DNA of 64,000 nucleotides from Polyangiaceae bacterium (GTDB taxonomy: Bacteria; Myxococcota_A; Polyangia; Polyangiales; Polyangiaceae), in contig JANRKO010000006.1 in NCBI GenBank assembly GCA_033763455.1, positions 256,001 to 320,000 of the forward strand. The letters are read 5' to 3'. Of this stretch, positions 38,747 through 47,319 are shown piece by piece; position 1 is the stretch's first letter; each line of letters starts with the position of its first letter. The notes beneath the pieces are model-generated. The model saw nothing but the letters and a program-made list of their open reading frames with translations. It was not told the origin of the DNA and ran no database searches. Position numbers and translations under genes: made by a program.

Positions 38747-39544
38747 ATGCCGAAAGCGATGCGCCGCTCGTTTGCCTGCCTGCTGCTGGCGGTGAGTGCC
38801 TTGTTCCCGGTAGAGGTTGGTGCTGCAGAAACGGTAGTCCGGCTCACGAAAAGGCTCGGCCAGGAAAAGGACTTTCGAGTCCGTACCCAGGCGGCCCTAG
38901 CGCTCGGTTCGAGCAAGAGTGCTGCCGCTGTAAAGCCGCTGTGTTCCGCTCTCGCCGATCCCAACGCCACAGTTAGGGCCGCGGCCGCGGCCGCGCTTTC
39001 GAAGTTGAACCGGGGCGGGGTCGACTGCCTGGCGCGGCGGCTGAGTGCGGAATCCAACGATCGCGTTCGAGCCAGCCTCAAACGCGCTCTCGCAACCCTT
39101 GAGCCGGGTCCTACCATCGATGCTTCTTCCAAGTATTATGTGACCCTCGCCGAAGCAAAGGCCGGGGGCTCCGAAGGTGACGCCCGAAATACGCTACTCT
39201 GTTCGACTATGCGTCAAGCCGCCAAGTCGGTGAGTGGGCTTGTGCTAGCGCCACAGGGTGAAGTCGCGGCCCGGGCAACGGAGCTTCTGCGCAAGCACAA
39301 ACAGCTCCGTGGTTTTTACCTCGCCCCTAAGGTTTTCGCTCCCAAATACCAGAGTGGAAGCCTGAAGGTGAAGGTTGAAATAGCAGTGTTCTCGTACCCC
39401 GCACAGTCGCTCCTTGGCAGCTTCTCGGTTGACCTTACCACTCAGGCCGCTTCCGAGGGGGACACGGAGACCGAGAACACGCTCATAAAGATGCTTGCGG
39501 AGCGCGCACTCAAGAAATTCACCACCAATGCGGAGCAATTCTAG
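38747..39544 (+). CDS. Exported HEAT-repeat protein
   Basis: Signal peptide, DFRVRTQAALALG and L.DPNATVRAAAAAAL. Start is ATG 38747 or 38759. Confidence 0.8.
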   Translation: MPKAMRRSFACLLLAVSALFPVEVGAAETVVRLTKRLGQEKDFRVRTQAALALGSSKSAAAVKPLCSALADPNATVRAAAAAALSKLNRGGVDCLARRLSAESNDRVRASLKRALATLEPGPTIDASSKYYVTLAEAKAGGSEGDARNTLLCSTMRQAAKSVSGLVLAPQGEVAARATELLRKHKQLRGFYLAPKVFAPKYQSGSLKVKVEIAVFSYPAQSLLGSFSVDLTTQAASEGDTETENTLIKMLAERALKKFTTNAEQF

Positions 39545-39601
39545 AATGAAATTCGCAGTGGACTTACAGCCGCATCGCGGCAGCATTTGGAGGACGAAGT
39601 G

Positions 39602-40393
39602 ATGGTCACTCAGTCGATTATCCCAAGCTCACCCACGGGGCGCCACCAGCGGCGCCTTCGGAATTATCTCCTCGATAGCCGGTTTCAGCTCAGATACACC
39701 GGCTACATGATCCTCATCGCGTTCGTTGTCGGTGGTGGTCTTGGCTTTGGGCTTTGGCGCACCGGTTCGCGCTTGGCCACCCAGAGCGAGCAGGCCGTGG
39801 CAAGCGGTGAGCAGGCCGTAAGCCTCGGCAAGACGGTGCTAGCCGAAAGTCAGAAGGTGAGCGCTGTTGTAAAAATGAACATCGAAAAAGATCCCACCTA
39901 CGCAGCTGATCCCGCGCTTCTTGCTGCGTTTCAGGCAGACTCAGCGGCGCAAGATGCAACGCTGGGCAAGCAGCAAGAAGCTCTGGAGAATCAAGCCCGG
40001 TTGCTTGAAGCGCAGGCAGCCGAGCTTCGCGCCCAACGCGCGCAGATGCTCTGGATGTTGCCGTTGGTTTGTGTGGTTCTGGTACTCGTGATCGCAATGA
40101 TGGGGATCTATGTCACGCACAAGGTTGCCGGCCCGATCTATAAGATGAAGCGCCAACTGGCCGATGTCGGCGCAGGCTACCTGCGGATCCCTCAGCCACT
40201 TCGCAAGGGTGACGAGTTGGTCGCGTTTTTCGAAACCTTCGACACCATGGTTCGAAACCTGCGAAGGCGCCAAGAGGTGGAAATTGAGAAGTTAGATCGG
40301 GCGCTCGTCGGTTTGGAGGCCAAGGTCGCTCAAGATCATTTGATCGAGCTTCGGCGCTTGCGCACCGAGATGCAGGCGGCTCTCGACGTGTGA
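39602..40393 (+). CDS. Two-TM HAMP-domain protein with no output domain
   Basis: RNYLLD.RFQLRY, TM, coiled-coil loop, TM, then THKVAGPIY...LRKGDEL. GGAGG SD upstream. Confidence 0.8.
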   Translation: MVTQSIIPSSPTGRHQRRLRNYLLDSRFQLRYTGYMILIAFVVGGGLGFGLWRTGSRLATQSEQAVASGEQAVSLGKTVLAESQKVSAVVKMNIEKDPTYAADPALLAAFQADSAAQDATLGKQQEALENQARLLEAQAAELRAQRAQMLWMLPLVCVVLVLVIAMMGIYVTHKVAGPIYKMKRQLADVGAGYLRIPQPLRKGDELVAFFETFDTMVRNLRRRQEVEIEKLDRALVGLEAKVAQDHLIELRRLRTEMQAALDV

Positions 40394-40394
40394 G

Positions 40395-40757
40395 CTAAAA
40401 CGCCGCCCGGATGTACTCGACTTCCGGTCCACCAGGTGTGAACGTCACGCTCGCGGCGTCGAACCTCATCCGCTCGACGCTTGCGTCGTGGCGGTACCGT
40501 CTGTCCCATAGCCACTGGCCCGCCTTTCGGATTCGCCTTTGCTTGGTTCGCCCCAAGCTGCCAAAAGCACTCGTAAAGGCACTTTGGCTCCGCGTTCTCA
40601 CCTCGACCACCACCACGACCGGCCCTTCGCGAGCAACTATGTCAAGCTCAAGCGGACCTAGGCGCAGATTCGTAGCTACTATCTGCAAGCCCCGAGCCTC
40701 AAGAAACTGGGCGACTAGATGTTCAGCGGCGGCCCCGCGCGTTCGGGCGAACCTTAT
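40395..40757 (-). CDS. yraN: YraN-family endonuclease-like protein (start codon anomalous)
   Basis: RG..AE.LVA.FL..RG.QIV..N.R....ELDIVA......V.VEVRTR and RFDAA. Family similarity extends upstream of the TTG at 40688. Confidence 0.85.
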   Translation of the reverse strand: MRFARTRGAAAEHLVAQFLEARGLQIVATNLRLGPLELDIVAREGPVVVVVEVRTRSQSAFTSAFGSLGRTKQRRIRKAGQWLWDRRYRHDASVERMRFDAASVTFTPGGPEVEYIRAAF

Positions 40758-41335
40758 GGGTTCACTCCGTTATCGCCGCAGGTCGCTAGGTCTGGGTTAC
40801 AGAGCTCTGAGTACTTAGCCTTGCCGGCTGCGCTTGAATCGTAGTTCGTGCCGTCTTTGATACAGTAAGAGCCCGCTAGCTGCCCGCTCCCTAGCGACAA
40901 ATCATCGATGAGCTTGACGCAGCCGTAGCCGCTTGGACAATCGCAGTACCGCGCGTTCTTGTCCGGCCCACCACAGCGACACGAACAGTAGACGCTGTCG
41001 TCCGCGCGACGCTTAACCCGCTGAGGGGGAACTGCCACCGTGATTGGGTCAGCGCTGCCTGGGATGTGACAGGGGTTCGTAACACCCGCAGCGGGGTCCT
41101 TCTGGCCGTAAGGACAGCTCACGCGCCCCTCGAAATGATTCACCAGACAGATGCGCGTCTCGCACTGAAACGAACGACTCTCAACGTTGGTCTGCTCTAA
41201 AGAGAAGCCAGAGAAGTCCTTCAAGAACTCTTCCTCAGGCACGCACGGATCGCCGACGCCTCCCTCACAACCACTGACGAGAGCGGCAACTGCTAGACAC
41301 GAGGCAAATGAATGCTTGCTGAACCAATCTGACAT
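40754..41335 (-). CDS. Cys-rich lipoprotein, CglC/GltK-like
   Basis: Lipobox VSGC, VGDPC, S.QCETRICL and YCSCRC. Divergent from gltC. Orthology is inferred. Confidence 0.6.
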   Translation of the reverse strand: MSDWFSKHSFASCLAVAALVSGCEGGVGDPCVPEEEFLKDFSGFSLEQTNVESRSFQCETRICLVNHFEGRVSCPYGQKDPAAGVTNPCHIPGSADPITVAVPPQRVKRRADDSVYCSCRCGGPDKNARYCDCPSGYGCVKLIDDLSLGSGQLAGSYCIKDGTNYDSSAAGKAKYSELCNPDLATCGDNGVNP

Positions 41336-41424
41336 CGTGGGCTCTTAAACTTGGGAAAGGTTTCAGTGGAGGGTTCGGTCAGGCGCTTTCGCTCAGTCAG
41401 CGTCTCGCCCGCTTACGTGGGCTC

Positions 41425-41454
41425 AAGCTAGCCGAGCCGGTGGAGACGCGTCAA
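41425..41454 (-). promoter_or_regulatory. Putative sigma70-type promoter of the Cys-rich lipoprotein gene
   Basis: TTGACG-N18-TAGCTT. Confidence 0.55.
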
Positions 41455-41725
41455 CGCGAAAGAGGAGCCGCGCCGGCGAGCGCAGGGTGTAAAAGGGTCC
41501 ATCTGATCAGGGCAGTATGCTTGTGGAACGCTGGCGAAGACCCCACCGTCACAAACCAGCAGCGCACCCATCATCGAATAAGAACCTGAGCACACGCTAT
41601 TGACGGATACGAGGCTGAGAGCACTGACACCATAGGGCGTTGATAATCTTCATTCAAAATTTCCGCGATAGCAGATTAGCGCGCATGTGGTCAGAGGTGC
41701 GTTGATCGGTAGTCGGCAGTGACGC

Positions 41726-41755
41726 TTGACAAACAAACTCCGCGCTATCTAACAT
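41726..41755 (+). promoter_or_regulatory. Putative sigma70-type promoter of the gltC-G operon
   Basis: TTGACA-N18-TAACAT. GAGGA SD before ATG 41858. Confidence 0.6.
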
Positions 41756-41857
41756 GCGCCTCACCGCGGTGGTATGTATTGATTCTTACTAGGTTTTTCC
41801 GGATTCAGCCGCGGCCGCCATCCACACAGTCACGCGGGGCTGACAGAGAGAGGACGC

Positions 41858-43564
41858 ATGTTTTTTAAGCGCAGTGTTACCGCTTTTGTTGTCGCGATCG
41901 CCACTGGTCTGGCCGGGGTGAGTATTCCAAGGGATGCCTGGTGCCAGAAGGTTATTGACCTCGACGAAGACGAGGGCGGTGCCGAGGCGGCCGTAGATAA
42001 GGAAGCTCCCGCCGCCCCCAAGCGCGTTGAGGCCGGCCAGATGACCGAGGCAGGAGCTGCCGCCAAGAAGCTGTTCGACCAAGAAAATTGGAGCGACGCT
42101 GCCCTTGCCTTGCACAAGGTAGTCGTTGGTGAAACCGGTGATGATGCCGGCAACCAACAGCTAGCAGAGTATTATCTAGCGATTTCGCTCTATCGCCTGA
42201 AATTCTTCCAGGCAAGTTACGCCATCTTCAGTGTGATTGCTGACAATCCGAATCACCAGAAGTTCGGCGAGACGCTATTGTGGCTCGCGAAGCTAGCGAC
42301 ACAGCTGCCGGAGCCCGCGGATATCGTGGAACGCGTCGGCAAGTACACGGACGAGCAGGTGAGTCGATTTAAGAACCCGGCCCAGCGAGACTTGTACTGG
42401 CAGCTCAACTACATGCTGGGGCGCTACAAGTATCGGAATCGCCAGTACGACGATGCTTTGGCGCTCTTTAAGCGAGTGGATCGAAAGAGCCCTTACTTCG
42501 TTAAGGCACAGTTTTTCTCTGGCATTAGCTTCGTTCAAACCCGGAAATCGGTTCCGGCGGTTAAGGCCTTTCAAGCCATTGTTGATGCCCTCGACGAGGG
42601 TGTTGAAGGGGTGGAGGATGAGGAACGAATGCGGGACCTTGCCTACCTCTCAATGGCTCGGACCTATTATTCGGCCGCCATTAAGCTCGACGCGGAGACG
42701 AACGCGCCCAGCATCGATGAAAAGAAGCTGAGCGCCGCCGTCAAGTTTTGGAACGACGTGGATGAGAGCAGTGAGTATTGGTTAGACGCCCTGTTTGAGG
42801 AGTCTTGGGCTTACTTCATGGCCGGTCAGTATCCGCGTGCTTTGGGTAACATTCACACAATCCAGTCGCCCTACTTCCCGAATGCCTTTTACCCAGAGGC
42901 CGATGTTCTCAAGTCGGTCATCTATTTCAGTAACTGCAACTACGACGCTGCCACAATCGTTGTAGCTCGCTTCAACAAGCGATTCGTGCCGATTCGAGAT
43001 GAGCTGGCCAAAGTGCTCAAGCGCTACAGCGGGGCGAATCAAGAAGAGGCGTTCTTCAAGTTCTTGCTCGACGTTCGCGATGGCAAGGGTGACGTGAGTG
43101 CCGGCATTCGCCCCGTGATTGAGAACGCACTGAGTGATCGCCAGCTGCTTCGTAACATCGACTATGTGAAGGTGCTGGATAATGAAATTAAGCACTTCAA
43201 GGGTTCTCCCCCGAACTTCCGCTTGGCTCCCCTCGGGCAGCAGGTAGAAGACGCGCTCAAGTTGGCTCGCGAGCTCGCAGTCCGGCAGGCGGGCGAACTC
43301 GCCCTGCAACGCTACCAGCGGTACGTCGCGGACATGGACGAGCACCTGCGGAACGGCCAGAAGATATTGATCGATATTACCGCCGCTCAGAGGAATCTCC
43401 TTGATGAGAAGATCCAGAAGGGTCAAGTGAGCGCAGCGGATTCAAAGGTATTCGGGGTCGTCAATCCCGATGACGAACATATACTTTGGCCTTTCCAGGG
43501 CGAATACTGGCGTGACGAGCTGGGTTTTTACCGCCAAGTTGTCCAGTCGGCCTGTGGGAGATAA
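41858..43564 (+). CDS. gltC: Gliding motility TPR protein GltC-like
   Basis: Signal peptide, TPRs, ALFEESWA.F, ALGNIHT..SPYF and C-terminal WPFQGEYWRDELG.Y.....S.C. Confidence 0.8.
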   Translation: MFFKRSVTAFVVAIATGLAGVSIPRDAWCQKVIDLDEDEGGAEAAVDKEAPAAPKRVEAGQMTEAGAAAKKLFDQENWSDAALALHKVVVGETGDDAGNQQLAEYYLAISLYRLKFFQASYAIFSVIADNPNHQKFGETLLWLAKLATQLPEPADIVERVGKYTDEQVSRFKNPAQRDLYWQLNYMLGRYKYRNRQYDDALALFKRVDRKSPYFVKAQFFSGISFVQTRKSVPAVKAFQAIVDALDEGVEGVEDEERMRDLAYLSMARTYYSAAIKLDAETNAPSIDEKKLSAAVKFWNDVDESSEYWLDALFEESWAYFMAGQYPRALGNIHTIQSPYFPNAFYPEADVLKSVIYFSNCNYDAATIVVARFNKRFVPIRDELAKVLKRYSGANQEEAFFKFLLDVRDGKGDVSAGIRPVIENALSDRQLLRNIDYVKVLDNEIKHFKGSPPNFRLAPLGQQVEDALKLARELAVRQAGELALQRYQRYVADMDEHLRNGQKILIDITAAQRNLLDEKIQKGQVSAADSKVFGVVNPDDEHILWPFQGEYWRDELGFYRQVVQSACGR

Positions 43565-43570
43565 TCGGAA

Positions 43571-46500
43571 ATGAAAGCTTTCTTTGCATCCATAGTCGCA
43601 GCTTCAGGTCTCCTGCTTGGCCTTGGCGTAACCTCCACCAGCTGGGCGGTGGAAGTTCCACCACTAAGTAATGCCTGCGTGCCTCCCGAGGCACTGAAGA
43701 CCCTCAATGAATGCCCCGGAGGGCCGGAGAAATTTGACGCGAGAAAGAAAGTAGACGCTTCGTTCAAGAGCGCGCCGCCCCCTCGCGAAGCGAACAAGCG
43801 CTCGGATGCCAAGCCGGGGGACATCGCCGCGCTCGCAAAGTTTGCGGAGCGCGACACGCGAAAGAATCGCCTCCAGGCACGCGCCAGAGCCCTGCTGATT
43901 ACCGAGATTCAGGGGCTAGAGGGCCTCTATAAGCAGACACCCAAGAAGAGCCCGGACCGCCCTCAGCTGATTCGGCGCTTGGCGGAAGGCTATGTGGAGC
44001 TCGAGAGCGCTGCAGAGCGTGATCGAATTGCCTCGGATATCAAGGCGCAGGACGCGAAGGCGAAGAAGAAGGACGAAGGAAAGCACCGCTCAGACGCCGC
44101 GCGTGCGAAGAAGATTGTGACCGCCGCTCGTAAGAGCGCGATCAAGTACTACACCACCATGAAGGACGAGTACCCGGACTACTCGAAGCTCGACGAGGTT
44201 CTTTACTACCTCGCGTACGAGCACGAGCAGGCAGGTGACTACAAGAATGCCCGTAAGGTTTACTACGAATTGGTTCAGAAGGCGCCGAAGTCGAGCTACA
44301 TCCCGAACGCGTATCTAGCTTTCGGTGAGCTATTCTTCCAGGAAGCGCAGGGAGATCCGAGCAAATGGGCGCTCGCAGAGTCCGCATACAAGGAAGTAGC
44401 AAAGTACCCGCCTCCGACGAACAAAGTTTACGGGTATTCCCGCTACAAGCTCGGCTACGTTTACTGGAATAGCGGTGAGCTGCCTAAGGCATTGAACGAG
44501 TTCAAGGCGGTTATCGAGTACGGTGACAAATTCGGTGAATTGCCTAACGCCAAGCAGTTGGCAAAGGCAGCGCGTCGGGACCTAGTGCCAGTTTACGCCT
44601 CCAGCGGTGCGCCAGATAAAGCGTACAATTTCTTCAGGCCGCTAAGTGGCGACAGCGGTGCGGAGAAGACCGAGACCGTCAAGATGATGAACGAGCTCGG
44701 TACCGCGTACATCGACACTGGTCATTACAAGGAAGGCGTCGTTCTGTATCAGGACCTCATGGGCCGCGACCCAGGTCCGAAGTACTGTTATTATCAGAGC
44801 CAAATTACTCTCGCGGTTCAGGCAATCTTTTCGGGGGATAAGGATCGTGTTGTCAAAGAGTTGGACCAGCAGATCCGCGTTCGGAATGACTTTGCCAAGC
44901 AGAACTACCCCGCTGACGCGAAGCTTGAGTGTTCAAACCGAACAGCAGAGTTCCTCGCCGAAACGGCCATGAGTTGGCACCTTGAGGCGGTTGGCTCAGG
45001 TGGTGTTCGTGGGACAGGCGACAAGAAGACGATGGATCTTGCGGCGGCGCTCTACAAGCGCACAGCCGAAAACTTCACGGCGCAGGACTTCGCGTCGTTT
45101 AAGTTCCCGCGGATTGCCAAGTCAGATTGGCCAACTATGTACAAGATCCGCTACGCGATGGCGGATTTGCTTTACTTCCAGCAGCGCTGGGAGGAGTGCG
45201 GTCCCGCTTTTGACGCGGTGGTGATGGCAGATCCCAAGGGCGAGGCGGCCGCGGAAGCGGCGTACGCTTCGGTGCTCTGTTATCAAAAAATGTACGATCA
45301 GATGTACAAGGGGGACTCGGACCGCAAGGGTCGTAACCTGGGTCCCAAGGGCTCGTCGGAGGAAGATCGGAAAGCTCAAAAGGGTGAATGGGAGAAGTAC
45401 AAGCCCAAAGAGTTCACCAGCATGCAAAAGGGCATGGTTCAGGCCTTCAGCCGTTACATTTGCTTCATTAAGCCGCCCAAGGGTAATCCTGAGGCAGAGG
45501 ATCAATACGTAGAGGTGAAGTTCGGTCGGGCCCGTCAGTATTATGAGGCCCAGCACTGGGAGGAAGCCGCACTTGCCTTCCGCGACGTCGCGATGAACTA
45601 CTCTGACAAGGACGTCGGAATTTTCGCGGCACAGCTCTACCTCGAATCAGTAAACGTGCTCGGTTCAAAAGCCGAACCGCCGCGTCCCACGTGCTTCGAT
45701 GACCTAGCAGGCGATGTCCTCGTGTTCTTGGACCTCTATTGTAAGGGGGCCAAGGCCGACGAGAACAAGGATCAGTGCGAGCTTCTGACTCGAATTAAGT
45801 TCGACGTTCAACGCTTGTCAGCGCAGAAGACTGTAGAACTGGCCGATTCGCAGTCGGAGAAGGGAAATGCAAAGGATGCCCTCGACAACTACAAGAAGGG
45901 CGGCGACGCGTATCTGGCACTCTGGCAGACCTACTGTGAGAAACCTCTCGGTGCAGGTGAGAAGCCCAAGCAGTGCGAGCGGGCGGACGAAATTCTCTAC
46001 AATATGGCCCGCGCGTACCAGGCTGGGCGCCTCCTGGTTAAGTCTATCCAGGCAAGAATGTTGCTGTTGAATCCAAAGTACGGGCTCGACAAGGGCAACC
46101 TGGCCCAGAAGGCGACGTACGAAATCGGCGGCAACTATCAAGCTATCGCTGTTTACGATAAGGCTGCGACATTCTTCGAGAAATACGCCAAGGACACGAG
46201 CTACAAAGGTGAGTTCGCGGACAAGGCGTTGAGCGACGCTGTGGTACTTCGTTTAGGGCTCGGCCAAGAAGACGAAGCTATCGAAGGGGCAAAGAACTTC
46301 AACAAGTACTTTGGCCGTCGCAAACCAGCGGAAACCGCACAGATTGCCTTTGCTATCGCCAGCCACTACGGCGAGAAAAAGGACTGGGATGGCGTCGGTA
46401 AGCAGCTCTCGCAGACCATGAAGATGATCGATAGCAGCGCGACCCTGGATATCCGGGCGCAGGCCCACGCTCTTCTGGCCAGAGCGTACGTCCAGACTAA

Positions 46501-47293
46501 GCGCGTCACACCTGCGGATTCTGAGTACAAGTCGGTAGCTGGGCTCTGGAAGGATCCAGGAAAAGCCGTGGCGGAGATCCGAGGTATTGCTGGGGATAGC
46601 CCCAGCGCTCAAGATCGTCGGCTCGGCCGCACCTTGGACGCCGTAGGTGAGGCACTTTTCTACTTCGCAGAGAAGAAGAAGCTAAAGGTCGATTCCATCA
46701 AGTTCCCCGAATACAAGGGCCCCGGCACCAAAGAGGCCGTGCTCAAGCACATTCAGGTTAACGTAGCGGATTGGATCAAGAAGAAGCGCCCGCTCATCGA
46801 AGACGCGAGCGGTAGCTACAAGGAAATCATTGATCTGCAGCCGGTTCCACCCCCGCGTTGGGTTATCTCCGCGGGCTCGCGTGTTGGGGAGATGTGGGGT
46901 CAGTTCGTGAAGGAGTTCCGTGCCGCGCCGATCCCTGACTTCATCAAGAAGGACTACGAGCTTCGTACGTCTTATTATGGAGCGCTCGATGACGCATCGG
47001 AGCCGCAGAAGAAGCAAGCTCGCGGTGCTTACGAGGTATGTCTCGGGTATTCGGTGAAGTATCAGTACTTCGACGAGTTCTCTCGCGCTTGTGAGGAGTG
47101 GCTCGCGACGAATTACAAGTCCGAGTACCACCTTATTGACGAGTTTAGGGGAGCACCCGATCGCGTGAACAGTGCTCTCCGGGAACAAGGACGTCCGCTC
47201 CGTATTGGTGGTGAGCCGATGATCGATGCCCCAGCTCCGGAAGCCCAGCCGAAGAAAGAAGCGGCGGCCGCAGCGAAAACGAAGGCCGAGTAG
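43571..47293 (+). CDS. gltD: Large periplasmic TPR gliding protein AgmU/GltD-like
   Basis: 1240 aa with signal peptide and many TPRs (DEVLYYLA, NAYLAFGE.FF, YS.YKLG.V.WN). Positioned before the gltE-F-G-like genes. Confidence 0.75.
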   Translation: MKAFFASIVAASGLLLGLGVTSTSWAVEVPPLSNACVPPEALKTLNECPGGPEKFDARKKVDASFKSAPPPREANKRSDAKPGDIAALAKFAERDTRKNRLQARARALLITEIQGLEGLYKQTPKKSPDRPQLIRRLAEGYVELESAAERDRIASDIKAQDAKAKKKDEGKHRSDAARAKKIVTAARKSAIKYYTTMKDEYPDYSKLDEVLYYLAYEHEQAGDYKNARKVYYELVQKAPKSSYIPNAYLAFGELFFQEAQGDPSKWALAESAYKEVAKYPPPTNKVYGYSRYKLGYVYWNSGELPKALNEFKAVIEYGDKFGELPNAKQLAKAARRDLVPVYASSGAPDKAYNFFRPLSGDSGAEKTETVKMMNELGTAYIDTGHYKEGVVLYQDLMGRDPGPKYCYYQSQITLAVQAIFSGDKDRVVKELDQQIRVRNDFAKQNYPADAKLECSNRTAEFLAETAMSWHLEAVGSGGVRGTGDKKTMDLAAALYKRTAENFTAQDFASFKFPRIAKSDWPTMYKIRYAMADLLYFQQRWEECGPAFDAVVMADPKGEAAAEAAYASVLCYQKMYDQMYKGDSDRKGRNLGPKGSSEEDRKAQKGEWEKYKPKEFTSMQKGMVQAFSRYICFIKPPKGNPEAEDQYVEVKFGRARQYYEAQHWEEAALAFRDVAMNYSDKDVGIFAAQLYLESVNVLGSKAEPPRPTCFDDLAGDVLVFLDLYCKGAKADENKDQCELLTRIKFDVQRLSAQKTVELADSQSEKGNAKDALDNYKKGGDAYLALWQTYCEKPLGAGEKPKQCERADEILYNMARAYQAGRLLVKSIQARMLLLNPKYGLDKGNLAQKATYEIGGNYQAIAVYDKAATFFEKYAKDTSYKGEFADKALSDAVVLRLGLGQEDEAIEGAKNFNKYFGRRKPAETAQIAFAIASHYGEKKDWDGVGKQLSQTMKMIDSSATLDIRAQAHALLARAYVQTKRVTPADSEYKSVAGLWKDPGKAVAEIRGIAGDSPSAQDRRLGRTLDAVGEALFYFAEKKKLKVDSIKFPEYKGPGTKEAVLKHIQVNVADWIKKKRPLIEDASGSYKEIIDLQPVPPPRWVISAGSRVGEMWGQFVKEFRAAPIPDFIKKDYELRTSYYGALDDASEPQKKQARGAYEVCLGYSVKYQYFDEFSRACEEWLATNYKSEYHLIDEFRGAPDRVNSALREQGRPLRIGGEPMIDAPAPEAQPKKEAAAAAKTKAE

Positions 47294-47319
47294 CTTTACG
47301 CGAACGTGGAGAGGATGAC

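Noticed and set aside
38231..39132. Apparent 900-bp antiparallel overlap of two long ORFs
   Set aside because: Both proteins have signal peptides at downstream starts (38673 minus, 38747 plus). These remove the overlap and leave a normal divergent pair.
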